This document shows positions 53,079 to 63,245 of a DNA stretch of 64,000 nucleotides, one piece after another. Position 1 is the first letter of the stretch. Every line of letters begins with the position of its first letter. The stretch is from assembly GCA_038867615.1 (NCBI GenBank), contig JAWBYA010000002.1, forward strand, positions 128,001-192,000. The letters run 5' to 3'. The position numbers and the translations under genes were made by a program. The notes under the pieces were generated by a model that made no database searches, had not been told where the DNA came from, and worked only from the letters and a program-made list of their open reading frames with translations. Source of the stretch: Sulfolobales archaeon (GTDB lineage: Archaea; Thermoproteota; Thermoprotei_A; Sulfolobales; AG1).

Positions 53079-55412
53079 CTAGGTATATACCTTGCTAACA
53101 CCATTCTCGATAGCCACTCTTACTATCTTGTCAGCCTTCTCTATTATCTCTTCATCATGGGTTACCACTATAACTTGATCTAGGGAGCCTGCTATCTCTT
53201 TAATCATGTCGAACAACCTTGATTTGTTCTCCACATCGAGGTTCTGTGTAGGCTCATCGAGGATCATTATGCTTGGAAGCCTGCCTAGGAGTATTTTTGC
53301 GAGGGCTATTCTGAAGGCTATAGCCAGCATTGTTCTCTCACCCCCGCTCAGGCTATTTATACTCAGAGTCCCCCTAGAGCCTGTCTTTATATTTATGTTG
53401 AAATCGCTCTCTATCTCCACCATGAATTCTCTCGAGAAGGTCTCCAGAGATCTGTTAACCTCCTCCTCTAGAGCCTTGATAACCATCTGGGTGAGCATCT
53501 GAGCTATCAGCCCCTCGCCCCCGAGGATCTTTTTCTCAAGAACCCTGAGGATCTTTAGGGCATTCTCTATAGACGGCTTCTTCCTTATCTTCTCCTCTAT
53601 CGATGCTATCTCCTGCTCCCTCTCCCTTATACTCTTGTCAAGCATCTCTATATTGCCCCTTATAACACCTATCCTTGTTCTGAGCGCCTCTATCTCCCCT
53701 TGGATCTTATACCTCTCCCTTTCTAGAGAAGATTTCAGAGCGCTATAGCTAGTGCCCTCTCTAAGCCATTGATTGTTCTTAATAATCTCCTCAACCTCTC
53801 TCCTAAGGCTATCAAGCCTTGATGAATCGTAAAGGCTCTTCGCATCCCTCAGCCTCTTTTCAAGAACCTCTCTCCTCTCGATCAGTCTTCTTACTTCACC
53901 CTCGATCCCTTCTAGGAGTTCTTGGCATTCCGCATCTAGGCCCTCCTGATACCCGATATTCCTTAGCTTGTTGACCAGCGATACGCATATCTCTCTACCA
54001 TCGTTAGCGCATCTCTCGATCTCCTTAAGCTCTCTCAAACTATCTTCGAGCTTCTCTAGGTGGTTTTTAAGCTCTCTCAAACCAGTCTCGATCCTCGATC
54101 TAGCGGCTTTAGCCTTCTCAATACTACTCCTAACCCTTCTCTCCTCGGCCTCAAGCCTATCGATCTCGAGCTTGTGTTTCTCCGAGATATGGCCCAGAGT
54201 ATCGAGATCCAGGTCTCTTCCACAGAAGGGGCACTTATTACCCTCGGGTTTTATCTCGTGTAGCTTTCTATACATATCGAGCAGACCCCTGATCTCGCCG
54301 AGCCTTCTCGCCATAACTTCTATAAGCCCCTCAAGCCTAGCCAAGATCTCGTCGGGATTAAGACCAGGATCTATTCCAAGACCCTCGAGATCCCTCCTGA
54401 TATCCTCGGAATAGATCTCGTGTTTGATCCTATCTATAGATTCTTCGTAGAACTTGATCTTCTTCCTCAACTGCTCCTCCCTCTTAACACACTCATACGA
54501 TGATCTATAGGCTGTACCTAGCTTCCTAACAGCCTCTAAATCTAGTCCCGCGCTTTTTAGAAGACCTAGCCGGGCATCCACCTCCCTGATCTCGTTCTCA
54601 AGATCCTTAACATCCCTCTCAGCCCTTTCGAGAGCCTCTATCTCCCTAGAGATCTCCAGGATCCTTTCTAAAACGCCCAGTCTGGAAGCTATCTCATCCC
54701 TCCTGTTCTCGAGCTCCGAGACCTTCCTAACCTCTGTCTCGAGAACAGATGCGAGCCTCTGCCTCTCCTCCCTATCCCTTACAAGCGTCTCTCTAAGCCT
54801 CTTGAGGTTTGCTTCATAGCTGCTGAGCTCTCCAAGGATCCTCTCAGCCTTGTTAGCAGTCTCTCTGGCAAGATCCCTCGCCTCCTCGAGATCTTTAAGA
54901 CCGAGGAGACTCAGGATCTTTGACTTCCTCTCGCTGGGAGGCATTTCCAGGATCTGGCTGAGCATATCCTGTCTAGAGAAGATTGTTGACGTGAAGATCC
55001 TTGGATCCTCGGCACCGAGGATTTTGGAGATATATTTAGTAACATCAGAAACCCCCCTAGCCAGTATCCTCTCACCATCACCAATAACCTCTGAGAGTGT
55101 GTGGAGCAGGCTACCCCCATCAGCGTCATACTCCCTCCTAACCCTGTATAGCTTGCCACCAACCTCGAACTCGAGTATGATTATGGCTCCGCTGGCACCG
55201 ATCCTCACGACCCCCCTCTTACTCCTCCCAGTCCTAAGGATCTCATGGGACATCTGCGAGCCGCTGTCGAAAAGGGCTAGGAAGATCGCCTCTATTATTG
55301 AGCTCTTACCAGCACCGTTGGGACCCACTATTGCTGTGAGACCCCTATCAAAGCTTATCTCTGTTTTTCTATGTGAGAACAGGTTCTCCATATAGATCCT
55401 CTTTATAATCAT
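53079..55412 (-). CDS. rad50: Rad50 ATPase
   Basis: GPNGAGKSS, coiled coil with CPFC zinc hook, LSGGE, LDEPT. Confidence 0.95.
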   Translation of the reverse strand: MIIKRIYMENLFSHRKTEISFDRGLTAIVGPNGAGKSSIIEAIFLALFDSGSQMSHEILRTGRSKRGVVRIGASGAIIILEFEVGGKLYRVRREYDADGGSLLHTLSEVIGDGERILARGVSDVTKYISKILGAEDPRIFTSTIFSRQDMLSQILEMPPSERKSKILSLLGLKDLEEARDLARETANKAERILGELSSYEANLKRLRETLVRDREERQRLASVLETEVRKVSELENRRDEIASRLGVLERILEISREIEALERAERDVKDLENEIREVDARLGLLKSAGLDLEAVRKLGTAYRSSYECVKREEQLRKKIKFYEESIDRIKHEIYSEDIRRDLEGLGIDPGLNPDEILARLEGLIEVMARRLGEIRGLLDMYRKLHEIKPEGNKCPFCGRDLDLDTLGHISEKHKLEIDRLEAEERRVRSSIEKAKAARSRIETGLRELKNHLEKLEDSLRELKEIERCANDGREICVSLVNKLRNIGYQEGLDAECQELLEGIEGEVRRLIERREVLEKRLRDAKSLYDSSRLDSLRREVEEIIKNNQWLREGTSYSALKSSLERERYKIQGEIEALRTRIGVIRGNIEMLDKSIREREQEIASIEEKIRKKPSIENALKILRVLEKKILGGEGLIAQMLTQMVIKALEEEVNRSLETFSREFMVEIESDFNINIKTGSRGTLSINSLSGGERTMLAIAFRIALAKILLGRLPSIMILDEPTQNLDVENKSRLFDMIKEIAGSLDQVIVVTHDEEIIEKADKIVRVAIENGVSKVYT

Positions 55413-56662
55413 AGCCTCCCACCCAGGCTTCTAGAGACTCCTAGCTGTAGGTGTCTCCTTATCTCGGGCTCGTTGAGGATTTTGCTTGCAAGACCCTGTT
55501 CCACGAGTCTTGAGAGGATCTTGTCTGGATCTAGTTCTCCCCTAATGATCTCATCGACCATAAACCTCCTAACATCAGGATCTGAGAAGAGCTTCTCAAC
55601 AGCCTTCTCAATACTCAACTGGGTCTGAAGGATCTCTCTCCCACCAATCCCAAGACTCTCCCTAGTCTGTGGAACCTCTACCTCAGGCCCCTCATACCTC
55701 AGGATCTTCTTAGCCTCCACTAAGTTGTCAAGAACCCTGACTATATTGATCCTCTCGTTCCTGGATAGAGGGCTCTTGATCTTTAGAACCACTATGGGGG
55801 GTTTGGTGTATCTCTTCACAGCACTCTCGAGATCCGTTGATACTATTCTAATAGCCTCTTGGTAATCCCTAGCCTCTATATTTATCCACGGTCTCACCTT
55901 CTTCAATGGTATCTCCTTAACCTCCACTCGCACTCTATCGATCTCTGCTAGAAAGACTACTTTCCGCTCTTCATAGTCATCCCTAGATATTGCCTCAGGA
56001 GATCCTGGGTATATTATCGGAGAGCCTTCGTAGATGTTTCTCCAGCTTTTATGGAGATCTCCTAGAGCATAGTATGAGAAGCCTTTGGGAAGCCTCTGGA
56101 TCGTTGGTATGAAGTCCTTCTCAGATGAACATATGCTCTGATCTCTTCCATAACGCTGTGACCAGGCGTCGCATAGCCTTACATGGGCTAGGAGTATAGA
56201 TCCAGGCCTTGGCCTTGATCCCTCGCTGAGAAGATGATCCAACGCTTTATAGGAGTAACCATGGATCTCGACAACATCTCCAGATCTCCCAACAATCTTA
56301 TCGAAACCAGGCTCTTCGTGATCAGACAATACCTTAGCATATCCCAGCTTTCCAAGAAGCTCTAGAGGGCTATTCCTAGTAGGCTTAGCAGCGTCATGAT
56401 TACCAGCAACTATGTAGAATGCTATGCCAGCCTGCCTAAGCCTGTCTAGACCAGCTATAGCATATATATATGGCGTTGGGAAGAGCTCCGCGCTGTGGAA
56501 CATGTCGCCAGCATGTATAACAGCGTCTACTCTGTTCTCAATAGCTATGTCTATGATCTCGAGAAAGACATCGTATATATCCCTCTCCCTCTCAATAGAC
56601 CCCCTCGGCCTTGCACCGAGATGAGTGTCAGATATATGGAGGATCTTCAAAGAAGCCACCAA
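55409..56662 (-). CDS. mre11: Mre11 nuclease
   Basis: HISDTHLG, HAGDMF, GNHD, LGDLH, YPGSPE. Confidence 0.93.
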   Translation of the reverse strand: MVASLKILHISDTHLGARPRGSIERERDIYDVFLEIIDIAIENRVDAVIHAGDMFHSAELFPTPYIYAIAGLDRLRQAGIAFYIVAGNHDAAKPTRNSPLELLGKLGYAKVLSDHEEPGFDKIVGRSGDVVEIHGYSYKALDHLLSEGSRPRPGSILLAHVRLCDAWSQRYGRDQSICSSEKDFIPTIQRLPKGFSYYALGDLHKSWRNIYEGSPIIYPGSPEAISRDDYEERKVVFLAEIDRVRVEVKEIPLKKVRPWINIEARDYQEAIRIVSTDLESAVKRYTKPPIVVLKIKSPLSRNERINIVRVLDNLVEAKKILRYEGPEVEVPQTRESLGIGGREILQTQLSIEKAVEKLFSDPDVRRFMVDEIIRGELDPDKILSRLVEQGLASKILNEPEIRRHLQLGVSRSLGGRL

Positions 56663-56682
56663 TCACCCACATAATATTTAAG

Positions 56683-58317
56683 CTAGACATCTATTTTGAA
56701 TTTCTCCTCAATAACCCTCCCACGAGATCTAGATCCTGAGCTCCATATCCCATAGAGATCAGGCGTAGCCCCCCTCCTCTTACCCCTATGCTCATCTATA
56801 TCAACAAGAACAGGGAATCTACCGACCCACTCACCCATAACTATAGCCCTTCCCTTGGGAAGGCTTGGCAGTATGCCCGCCAAACTCTCCTCAAGGGAGT
56901 CTGCTATATTCATAACAGCCCTAACATCCTCCTCCTGGACAAGCTTCAAGAACACGAAGTTCTGTAGCTGTGAAGCCACATTAGGATCCAGGGATCTTGG
57001 TCTCTGGCTAACAATACCAAGCACACCGCCGAATTTCCTCCCCTCCCTAGCAAACCTCTGGAGGCTATCCTTAGCAGGTGTTGAGGCATTTACTGGCAGA
57101 AATAGGGGTGCTTCCTCAACTATGAATACAACGGGCATCTTTGATGCTCCTAGCCCAAACGACGCTCCTCCCTCTTTGAGGTATGCTAGGAGGTTATCTG
57201 CATATAGTCTCAGGATCCATGACTTCTCCTCATCGCTTAATTCCGAGACATTGATAACGATCACCTTGCCAGGTTCTATAAGATCAGTGATCCTTGGTGC
57301 TTCGAGATCTATTGGCGATGTTTCAAAGAACTCCTCAACCTTATCTACAGTGCTTTCCACTATTCTCTTCTCGTAGTTACGCTCTCTCGCCACGTTCTCT
57401 ATCTCTTTTAGGAGTAGCGCTAGATACTTATCCTTTACCTCGAGGGCTGCTTCCTCATCTTCGGCGTCTACAAGACCGTGGATCTTTCTCTCCTCATAAA
57501 GCCTCTCAACAGCTATCGAGAGACCTAACCCCTCTTTAGAGGTTTTCTCTTCTATAGCTTTATTGAGTCTTCTAAGCGCCCTCCTCAGAAGCCTTCTCTG
57601 CTTTGTCGCTGCAGCCTCTCTCACGATCATAGATGCAAGGATCTTTGGCGGGATTTTGTAAGGGCTGATAGTGGCTTCACGCTCCACAACCCTCGAGGAA
57701 TTCTTATCCTCTGGCTCAAGACCAACATACTCGCCATGGACATCGAATATTATTACAGGAGCACCGATCTGGGAGAGCCTGTCGGCTAGAATAGCTACGG
57801 TATTGCTCTTACCAGACCCCGTAGCTCCCGCTATTAGGAAGTGCCTCGATAGCTCGTTAACACTAACACCTATCTCTATCCCTCTATATTCGGAGAGGAA
57901 TCCTATTTTTATAAAGCCCTCGTGTGGTGATGTGTAGAGGATCCTTAGCGCCTCGGGCGGGGCTGGGTGTATAGGTGTTCCGGGGGGTATTGGGTATCTA
58001 GGGGTTTCGGGCTTCTTGTCCGTGATATCGGCTACCACGTAGACGAGGATCATTGATATGGATGGAACCCTGTAGTCGTGAGGTATATCCTCCCTAAGAT
58101 CTGTTAGGGCTGGCCTCTCCATTAATGGTGAGTAACTACTGTTCGAAACAATACCCACAACCTTTCTAGCAACACGGGATCCCGTGGCCCTATCAATCAC
58201 ACTGAATTCTGTATATACATAGGTTCCTAGTGGCGCTGGAGAGTCTGAGTAAACCCAGCAGAAAGAAGGAGAGTCGGATTTAAGAACCCTTCCGAGGATA
58301 GGAAGGCTCATGATCAC
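56683..58317 (-). CDS. herA: HerA DNA translocase
   Basis: RHFLIAGATGSGKS, DVHGEY, EEA, REGRKFG, SQRP. Confidence 0.93.
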   Translation of the reverse strand: MIMSLPILGRVLKSDSPSFCWVYSDSPAPLGTYVYTEFSVIDRATGSRVARKVVGIVSNSSYSPLMERPALTDLREDIPHDYRVPSISMILVYVVADITDKKPETPRYPIPPGTPIHPAPPEALRILYTSPHEGFIKIGFLSEYRGIEIGVSVNELSRHFLIAGATGSGKSNTVAILADRLSQIGAPVIIFDVHGEYVGLEPEDKNSSRVVEREATISPYKIPPKILASMIVREAAATKQRRLLRRALRRLNKAIEEKTSKEGLGLSIAVERLYEERKIHGLVDAEDEEAALEVKDKYLALLLKEIENVARERNYEKRIVESTVDKVEEFFETSPIDLEAPRITDLIEPGKVIVINVSELSDEEKSWILRLYADNLLAYLKEGGASFGLGASKMPVVFIVEEAPLFLPVNASTPAKDSLQRFAREGRKFGGVLGIVSQRPRSLDPNVASQLQNFVFLKLVQEEDVRAVMNIADSLEESLAGILPSLPKGRAIVMGEWVGRFPVLVDIDEHRGKRRGATPDLYGIWSSGSRSRGRVIEEKFKIDV

Positions 58318-59306
58318 ACCTCGCCCAAAACCTCCCTCCCGGTTTCAAGCAGAGCTCCATATGCGTTTAGGAGTTTGATAAACTCGCCCCTCTGGATCTT
58401 GCTGTGGAGATGACACTGTCTAAGAGGCTCGGGGTATCCGGGGATACTGTGGTATCTAAGCATCTCAAGGATCTCGGCTACCTGGTCTACATCAAGATCG
58501 CCTGGGATTGTTATCTGGTACGCTGGAGCCTCTCTGGATAAAACCGCATAGGTTAATGTATATGTGACACCCTCAACCTCGTTAGAGATCTTTATAGGCT
58601 CTATGAATCCCGGCCTGCCTCCAGAACCTTCGAGAACCTTGCCTATCAACGCATAGTCAGGAATCACTATCAGCCTCCCATTGAGCTTTGGTTCGAGGTA
58701 TTTATAGAGGACATGCCTAGAATGGGTCTTTGATATGAATACAAGCCTCGAGAATCTCTGGAGGATCTTTAAGGTCTCAACCCTCTCCTCCAAGCCCTTC
58801 CTCATATCTTCCGAGAAAGCCGTGCTTCCCCTAAACCTGCTGTAGAGAAAAGATCTCAGCGAGCCGTCGAAGAGAACAAGATCTGGAGGATCTTTTATCG
58901 AGTCTATAACGTGCTTGGCGGCCTTCACCTCGAGATCTTTGGCTATATGTGTAACAGCCTTCCTCCCAATCCCCAGAGAGATCTCTTTCACCTTGTTATC
59001 GGCATGAAGAACCAGGGGGCCTATGAGATCGAATTTAGCTAGATATTTAGAAAACCTTATAGTATCCTCGGCAACTCCCGTGAAGAGAGATGAGAAAGCC
59101 CTTATGCCATATATATATGCATATCTTGTAAGGATCCCTGTAAAAGAGGAGTCAGAGGCTACTGCTGTGCTTCTCCTAGTATTCTGGATCTCGATCCATT
59201 TGGGCTTGTTAGAGATCTCGATCCTCTTATAAAGCTCCATACCCTCAAGGATCTTGCTCCTCAGGCCACGCAGTTCAGCATCTATTATGCTTGATATCAT
59301 GAGCAT
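58314..59306 (-). CDS. nurA: NurA nuclease
   Basis: ASDSS, LFDGSL, ISK, GYPEPL..H..SKI; in operon with herA-mre11-rad50. Confidence 0.85.
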   Translation of the reverse strand: MLMISSIIDAELRGLRSKILEGMELYKRIEISNKPKWIEIQNTRRSTAVASDSSFTGILTRYAYIYGIRAFSSLFTGVAEDTIRFSKYLAKFDLIGPLVLHADNKVKEISLGIGRKAVTHIAKDLEVKAAKHVIDSIKDPPDLVLFDGSLRSFLYSRFRGSTAFSEDMRKGLEERVETLKILQRFSRLVFISKTHSRHVLYKYLEPKLNGRLIVIPDYALIGKVLEGSGGRPGFIEPIKISNEVEGVTYTLTYAVLSREAPAYQITIPGDLDVDQVAEILEMLRYHSIPGYPEPLRQCHLHSKIQRGEFIKLLNAYGALLETGREVLGEV

Positions 59307-59581
59307 CCCTACCGATTCTTAGCATAAGAGAGAGAAAATATTGCTAAAAACACCATCTATAGATGTCGCGAGTGATACCCAGCGATAAAAAGCATGAAGA
59401 ATAATACCAAAGCCTTTGTTAATACAACTATAGCCTTACAGCCCATATAGCGATCCAAACATGTTTTAATGCTGACAAAGGGTTGTTTTAACACTAACTA
59501 CGCTGACGCGAATGCGACAAGCCCCAGGGTGGTGGTAAATATTTATGATTTGCACGGCTATATCACTGAGGTGCCTGGAGA

Positions 59582-61294
59582 TTGAGTATAGGGAAGCTGT
59601 TCTCAAGCATAACCATCGGTAATGTTAGGATCAGGAACAGGATAGCCATGGCCCCCATGATATCAAACCTAGCAGCTCCAGATGGCTATCCAAGCGATGC
59701 CCACATAGCCTATCTAGCTGAGAGGGCTAAGGGGGGTGTTGGTCTAATATTCACGGAATACACCTATGTTAATAGAATCGATGCCAGGGGTTCTCTAAAC
59801 CAGCTCGGCCTCTACTCAGACGAGCTTATACCGAAGTTCAGGAGACTCACCGAGGCTGTTAAAGCCCACGGTTCAAGGATCTTTGTCCAGCTAGTCCACG
59901 CTGGTAGAAAGACTAGGAGGAGCATCATATGGGGTAATACCCCTATAGCACCATCACCAATACCCCTGCTAGATGATGTTAGGGAGATGAGCCTAGAGGA
60001 TATAGCTAGGGTTAAGAGGGACTTTGCAGAGGCAGCCCTCAGGGCTGAGAGATCCGGGTTCGACGGGATAGAGATCCACGGCGCCCATGGATACCTCGTC
60101 GCCCAGTTCCTCTCACCAGCTACTAACAAGAGGAGCGATGCCTATAGAGATGGGGTCAGGTTTGTCGTCGAGCTTGTTGAGGAGATGAGGTCGAGGGTAT
60201 CGATACCAATAGGTATAAGGCTTAGTGTAACTGAGTTCGATCCACAGGGTCTTAATCCACAAATGGTTGCCGAGATAGTCTCTAGACTTGAGAAGGAAGC
60301 CGGCCTCGACTATATCAACCTCTCAGCCGGGAGGGATGGGCCTATAGCATCATCAATGCCATTCTATATGCCGAGAACACCGCTTATAGATGATGCCAAG
60401 ATCGTTAGGAGGGTTACAAAGCTACCCCTACTCCTAGTAGGCTCGGTAATAGATCCCGAAGACTCTCTCAGGATCCTCGAAGTAGCCGACATGGTTGTGC
60501 TTGGGAGACAGCTCCTAGCAGACCCGGCATGGCCTGTTAAAGCAGCCAGGGGGCTCCCAATAAGACCATGTATAAGGTGTAACCAGCTGTGCAGGGCTAT
60601 AACGCTGAGCGAGGTTAGATGTGATGTGAACCCGGAACTCGGCTGGGAAGCCTTCTCACACCTAGAGAGAAGCTCTGGAGAGGTTTCCGTAGTTGGGGGT
60701 GGTCTTATGGGGTTGGAGGCTGCTAGGATCCTTGCCCTAAGGGGTTTCGATGTCACGCTGTATGAGAAGAGCCATAGGCTTGGCGGGCAGCTCAACCTAT
60801 ATAGAGATCCCTATAAGGCTAGGGAGTTTGGACAGCTGGTTGACTATTATGAGAAGACTTTAAGAATGCTTGGCGTAAAGATCGTGCTCGGTGTTGAGAA
60901 GAGATGTGGCGAGGATGAAGACTGTATATATGCTGTACCCGAGGAGGAGCCCCCGAAGATGCCTGAGATCAAGGGTGGAAGGATCTTGATCGACAGCAAC
61001 CTCTACCCATACCACGACTACGCATTCGAGCTTGCCAAGTACAATGAGGTTTATATGACTAGGAGAAGCCTAAGGGATCTTGAGAGAAGCAGAGCTTTTC
61101 TAATGGAGAAAAAACTAGCAGAGCTGGGTGTTATATTTATCGAGGAATCTGGTGAAGGGTCTAAATACGATCTCATGATCAGTGAGTTTAGGAGGGAGCA
61201 GCCATCAATAGCCTCAGCGATAAGGAGAGGATATATTGCTGGGAAGTACTATGGATCTCTAAATAGGTTTGGAAAACATATCAAGAACCTATAA
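59582..61294 (+). CDS. NADH:flavin oxidoreductase (Old Yellow Enzyme family, with Fe-S and FAD domains)
   Basis: [41 protein letters not shown]. Confidence 0.92.
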   Translation: MSIGKLFSSITIGNVRIRNRIAMAPMISNLAAPDGYPSDAHIAYLAERAKGGVGLIFTEYTYVNRIDARGSLNQLGLYSDELIPKFRRLTEAVKAHGSRIFVQLVHAGRKTRRSIIWGNTPIAPSPIPLLDDVREMSLEDIARVKRDFAEAALRAERSGFDGIEIHGAHGYLVAQFLSPATNKRSDAYRDGVRFVVELVEEMRSRVSIPIGIRLSVTEFDPQGLNPQMVAEIVSRLEKEAGLDYINLSAGRDGPIASSMPFYMPRTPLIDDAKIVRRVTKLPLLLVGSVIDPEDSLRILEVADMVVLGRQLLADPAWPVKAARGLPIRPCIRCNQLCRAITLSEVRCDVNPELGWEAFSHLERSSGEVSVVGGGLMGLEAARILALRGFDVTLYEKSHRLGGQLNLYRDPYKAREFGQLVDYYEKTLRMLGVKIVLGVEKRCGEDEDCIYAVPEEEPPKMPEIKGGRILIDSNLYPYHDYAFELAKYNEVYMTRRSLRDLERSRAFLMEKKLAELGVIFIEESGEGSKYDLMISEFRREQPSIASAIRRGYIAGKYYGSLNRFGKHIKNL

Positions 61295-61374
61295 AGAAAA
61301 CCAAGATGAGCTATAATTAATTGATACACAAAAAGTAGTTATACGATCCTGGATGGTTAGGATGCTCGAGCGCC

Positions 61375-62994
61375 CTACCCCTTTCTTCTAGCTATTATCA
61401 GGATCGTTGTTATTAGTGCGAGGACAGCTATGACCAGGGCTGCAACGATTAATGGGCTCTGGATGCTTTGAGCCCCGCTCTGTGCTGCTACCTGGCTCTG
61501 CTGTGCTTGGCTTATGGGTTGCTCGACTAGCTGTAGCTTGCTCTTTGGTACAACCACTATTTCTCCAGCCATGTATGGGTGTATGGAGCATAGGTAGCTA
61601 TAGAGGTCTGAGTTCTCTGTGACTATTGGGACGAAGTTCTTGTATGTCTGGAGCTGGGCTCCACCGATTCTATATACTCCTGCTTTTGTAAATGTGTATG
61701 ACCAGCTTCCGCCATGTTTTAGGAGAGGTGATTTGATCGTCTCGTTACCCATGCGTATAACCACGTCGTGAAGCCCTATAAGCTCTCCCCCTGCTCCTGG
61801 CAGGCTTATTATATCCTCATTGATCCATACTACGGTTGTGCCCTCTGGTATAACAAGTCTCTTTGGATAGTACGAATTACCTATTATCCTTACATATACA
61901 GTCCCCTCACCATATACTGGCGTATCTATCTCAGGAGATCCTAGGCCGAATGGGTCTATGATCCTCACGGGCTTCTCAGGTAGTGGTAGTTTGGGGCCTT
62001 GGGCATCCACAACGTCTGTTCTATTAGCATCCTTGCTAGCCTTAAGCAAGCCTATAGCTCCCCTCACGGGCTGGTTAAACACGTGAGTCACTATAGCGTA
62101 GGGTCCTTCTTCAGGAACCCTGAACTCGACAACCCATGAATCGCTAGGTCCTGCGAGTACCGTCTGGCCGCCGTATATTACGTTCAATGGATGCCCCTGG
62201 TAGTATGCGAAGTCCCATACTATGCCTACTAGATGGAATGTCGATACTAGGTTGGGTCCTACGTTTAGGAAGTATATCCTTACATAGTCTCCTGGTCTAG
62301 CCATTATCGGGTTGCTGAGATATCTCGCTATGTACCCGTTGAATAGAACGTATAGGGGCTTTGCTGTTACGAAGTCAGCACCGCTTCCATAGATCTCGTG
62401 CTGGATTAAATAGATCTCTATATCGGGCTTTCTACCAAGGATCTCTTCCAGCTTGTATTTATAGATCTTAGGCTTGACAACGATCATCCCATACTGGCCT
62501 GACATCGTGTGCACAAAGATCCCCTGACCCCCTGGGGCACAGTGATACATATAAACCCCGGGATAGCTCGCATTGAATATAATCCTCTTGGTAGCTCCAG
62601 GGGCTACGTTACCTATAAATGGCGATGTCGCCCTATAGATCGCATGCACCGAGAGACCGTGGGCCACATCATCCTTGTTAACAACAATAAGCTCAACAAT
62701 ATCCCCCTCCTCAACAACTATAGTAGGCCCTGGCACAGTACCATTTATTGTGAAGGTGTCGAGCACAACCCCATCGCCTATAACAACCTTAGTTCTGTAG
62801 AGCTCTATAACAAACCTCTTGTTAGGCTCGGTACCAGGTGGTACAAAGCTTGTTGGAGGCAGCTCATAACCAGGCTGGGAATCGCTTCTAAAAGCCTCTA
62901 TAGTGGGGCTCACTATCGATAGTACTATCAGTGATACCAATAGTGCTATAAAGCCTATCCAATTCCTACATATCATACCAATCCCCAGATCCAC
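61375..62994 (-). CDS. NirK-like multicopper protein with extra cupredoxin domain, signal peptide and C-terminal anchor
   Basis: NGTVPGPTI, HGLSVH, YMYHC...H..SGQYG, NVGPNLVSTFHLVG, VTH; C-terminal H...YLCSIHPYM. Confidence 0.85.
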   Translation of the reverse strand: MDLGIGMICRNWIGFIALLVSLIVLSIVSPTIEAFRSDSQPGYELPPTSFVPPGTEPNKRFVIELYRTKVVIGDGVVLDTFTINGTVPGPTIVVEEGDIVELIVVNKDDVAHGLSVHAIYRATSPFIGNVAPGATKRIIFNASYPGVYMYHCAPGGQGIFVHTMSGQYGMIVVKPKIYKYKLEEILGRKPDIEIYLIQHEIYGSGADFVTAKPLYVLFNGYIARYLSNPIMARPGDYVRIYFLNVGPNLVSTFHLVGIVWDFAYYQGHPLNVIYGGQTVLAGPSDSWVVEFRVPEEGPYAIVTHVFNQPVRGAIGLLKASKDANRTDVVDAQGPKLPLPEKPVRIIDPFGLGSPEIDTPVYGEGTVYVRIIGNSYYPKRLVIPEGTTVVWINEDIISLPGAGGELIGLHDVVIRMGNETIKSPLLKHGGSWSYTFTKAGVYRIGGAQLQTYKNFVPIVTENSDLYSYLCSIHPYMAGEIVVVPKSKLQLVEQPISQAQQSQVAAQSGAQSIQSPLIVAALVIAVLALITTILIIARRKG

Positions 62995-63245
62995 GGCCAG
63001 TCAAAAAGCATATAGTGGTAACCTAACCTTTTAGTCTACATCTAATATTTACAGAATAGCTTTGTATAGACAATCATATATGGATCCTGTTATGTTTTAT
63101 CCAACTAAATATATCTCGATATGAATCTATATAACATAACCTCATTACAAGATATATCATCTCGCAGATCTGAGGAAACCAATCACCGCATTATTATTCT
63201 ATATAATGTCGTTTGGCATACTCCCCAGATCTCTGATAATGTGAT

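Noticed and set aside
1285-62922. Numerous antisense or overlapping ORFs in the track (e.g. 1285-1890, 15742-16320, 46696-47472, 54850-55395)
   Set aside because: They are shadows of well-supported genes on the other strand or frame, with Ser/Leu/Ile-rich mirror composition.
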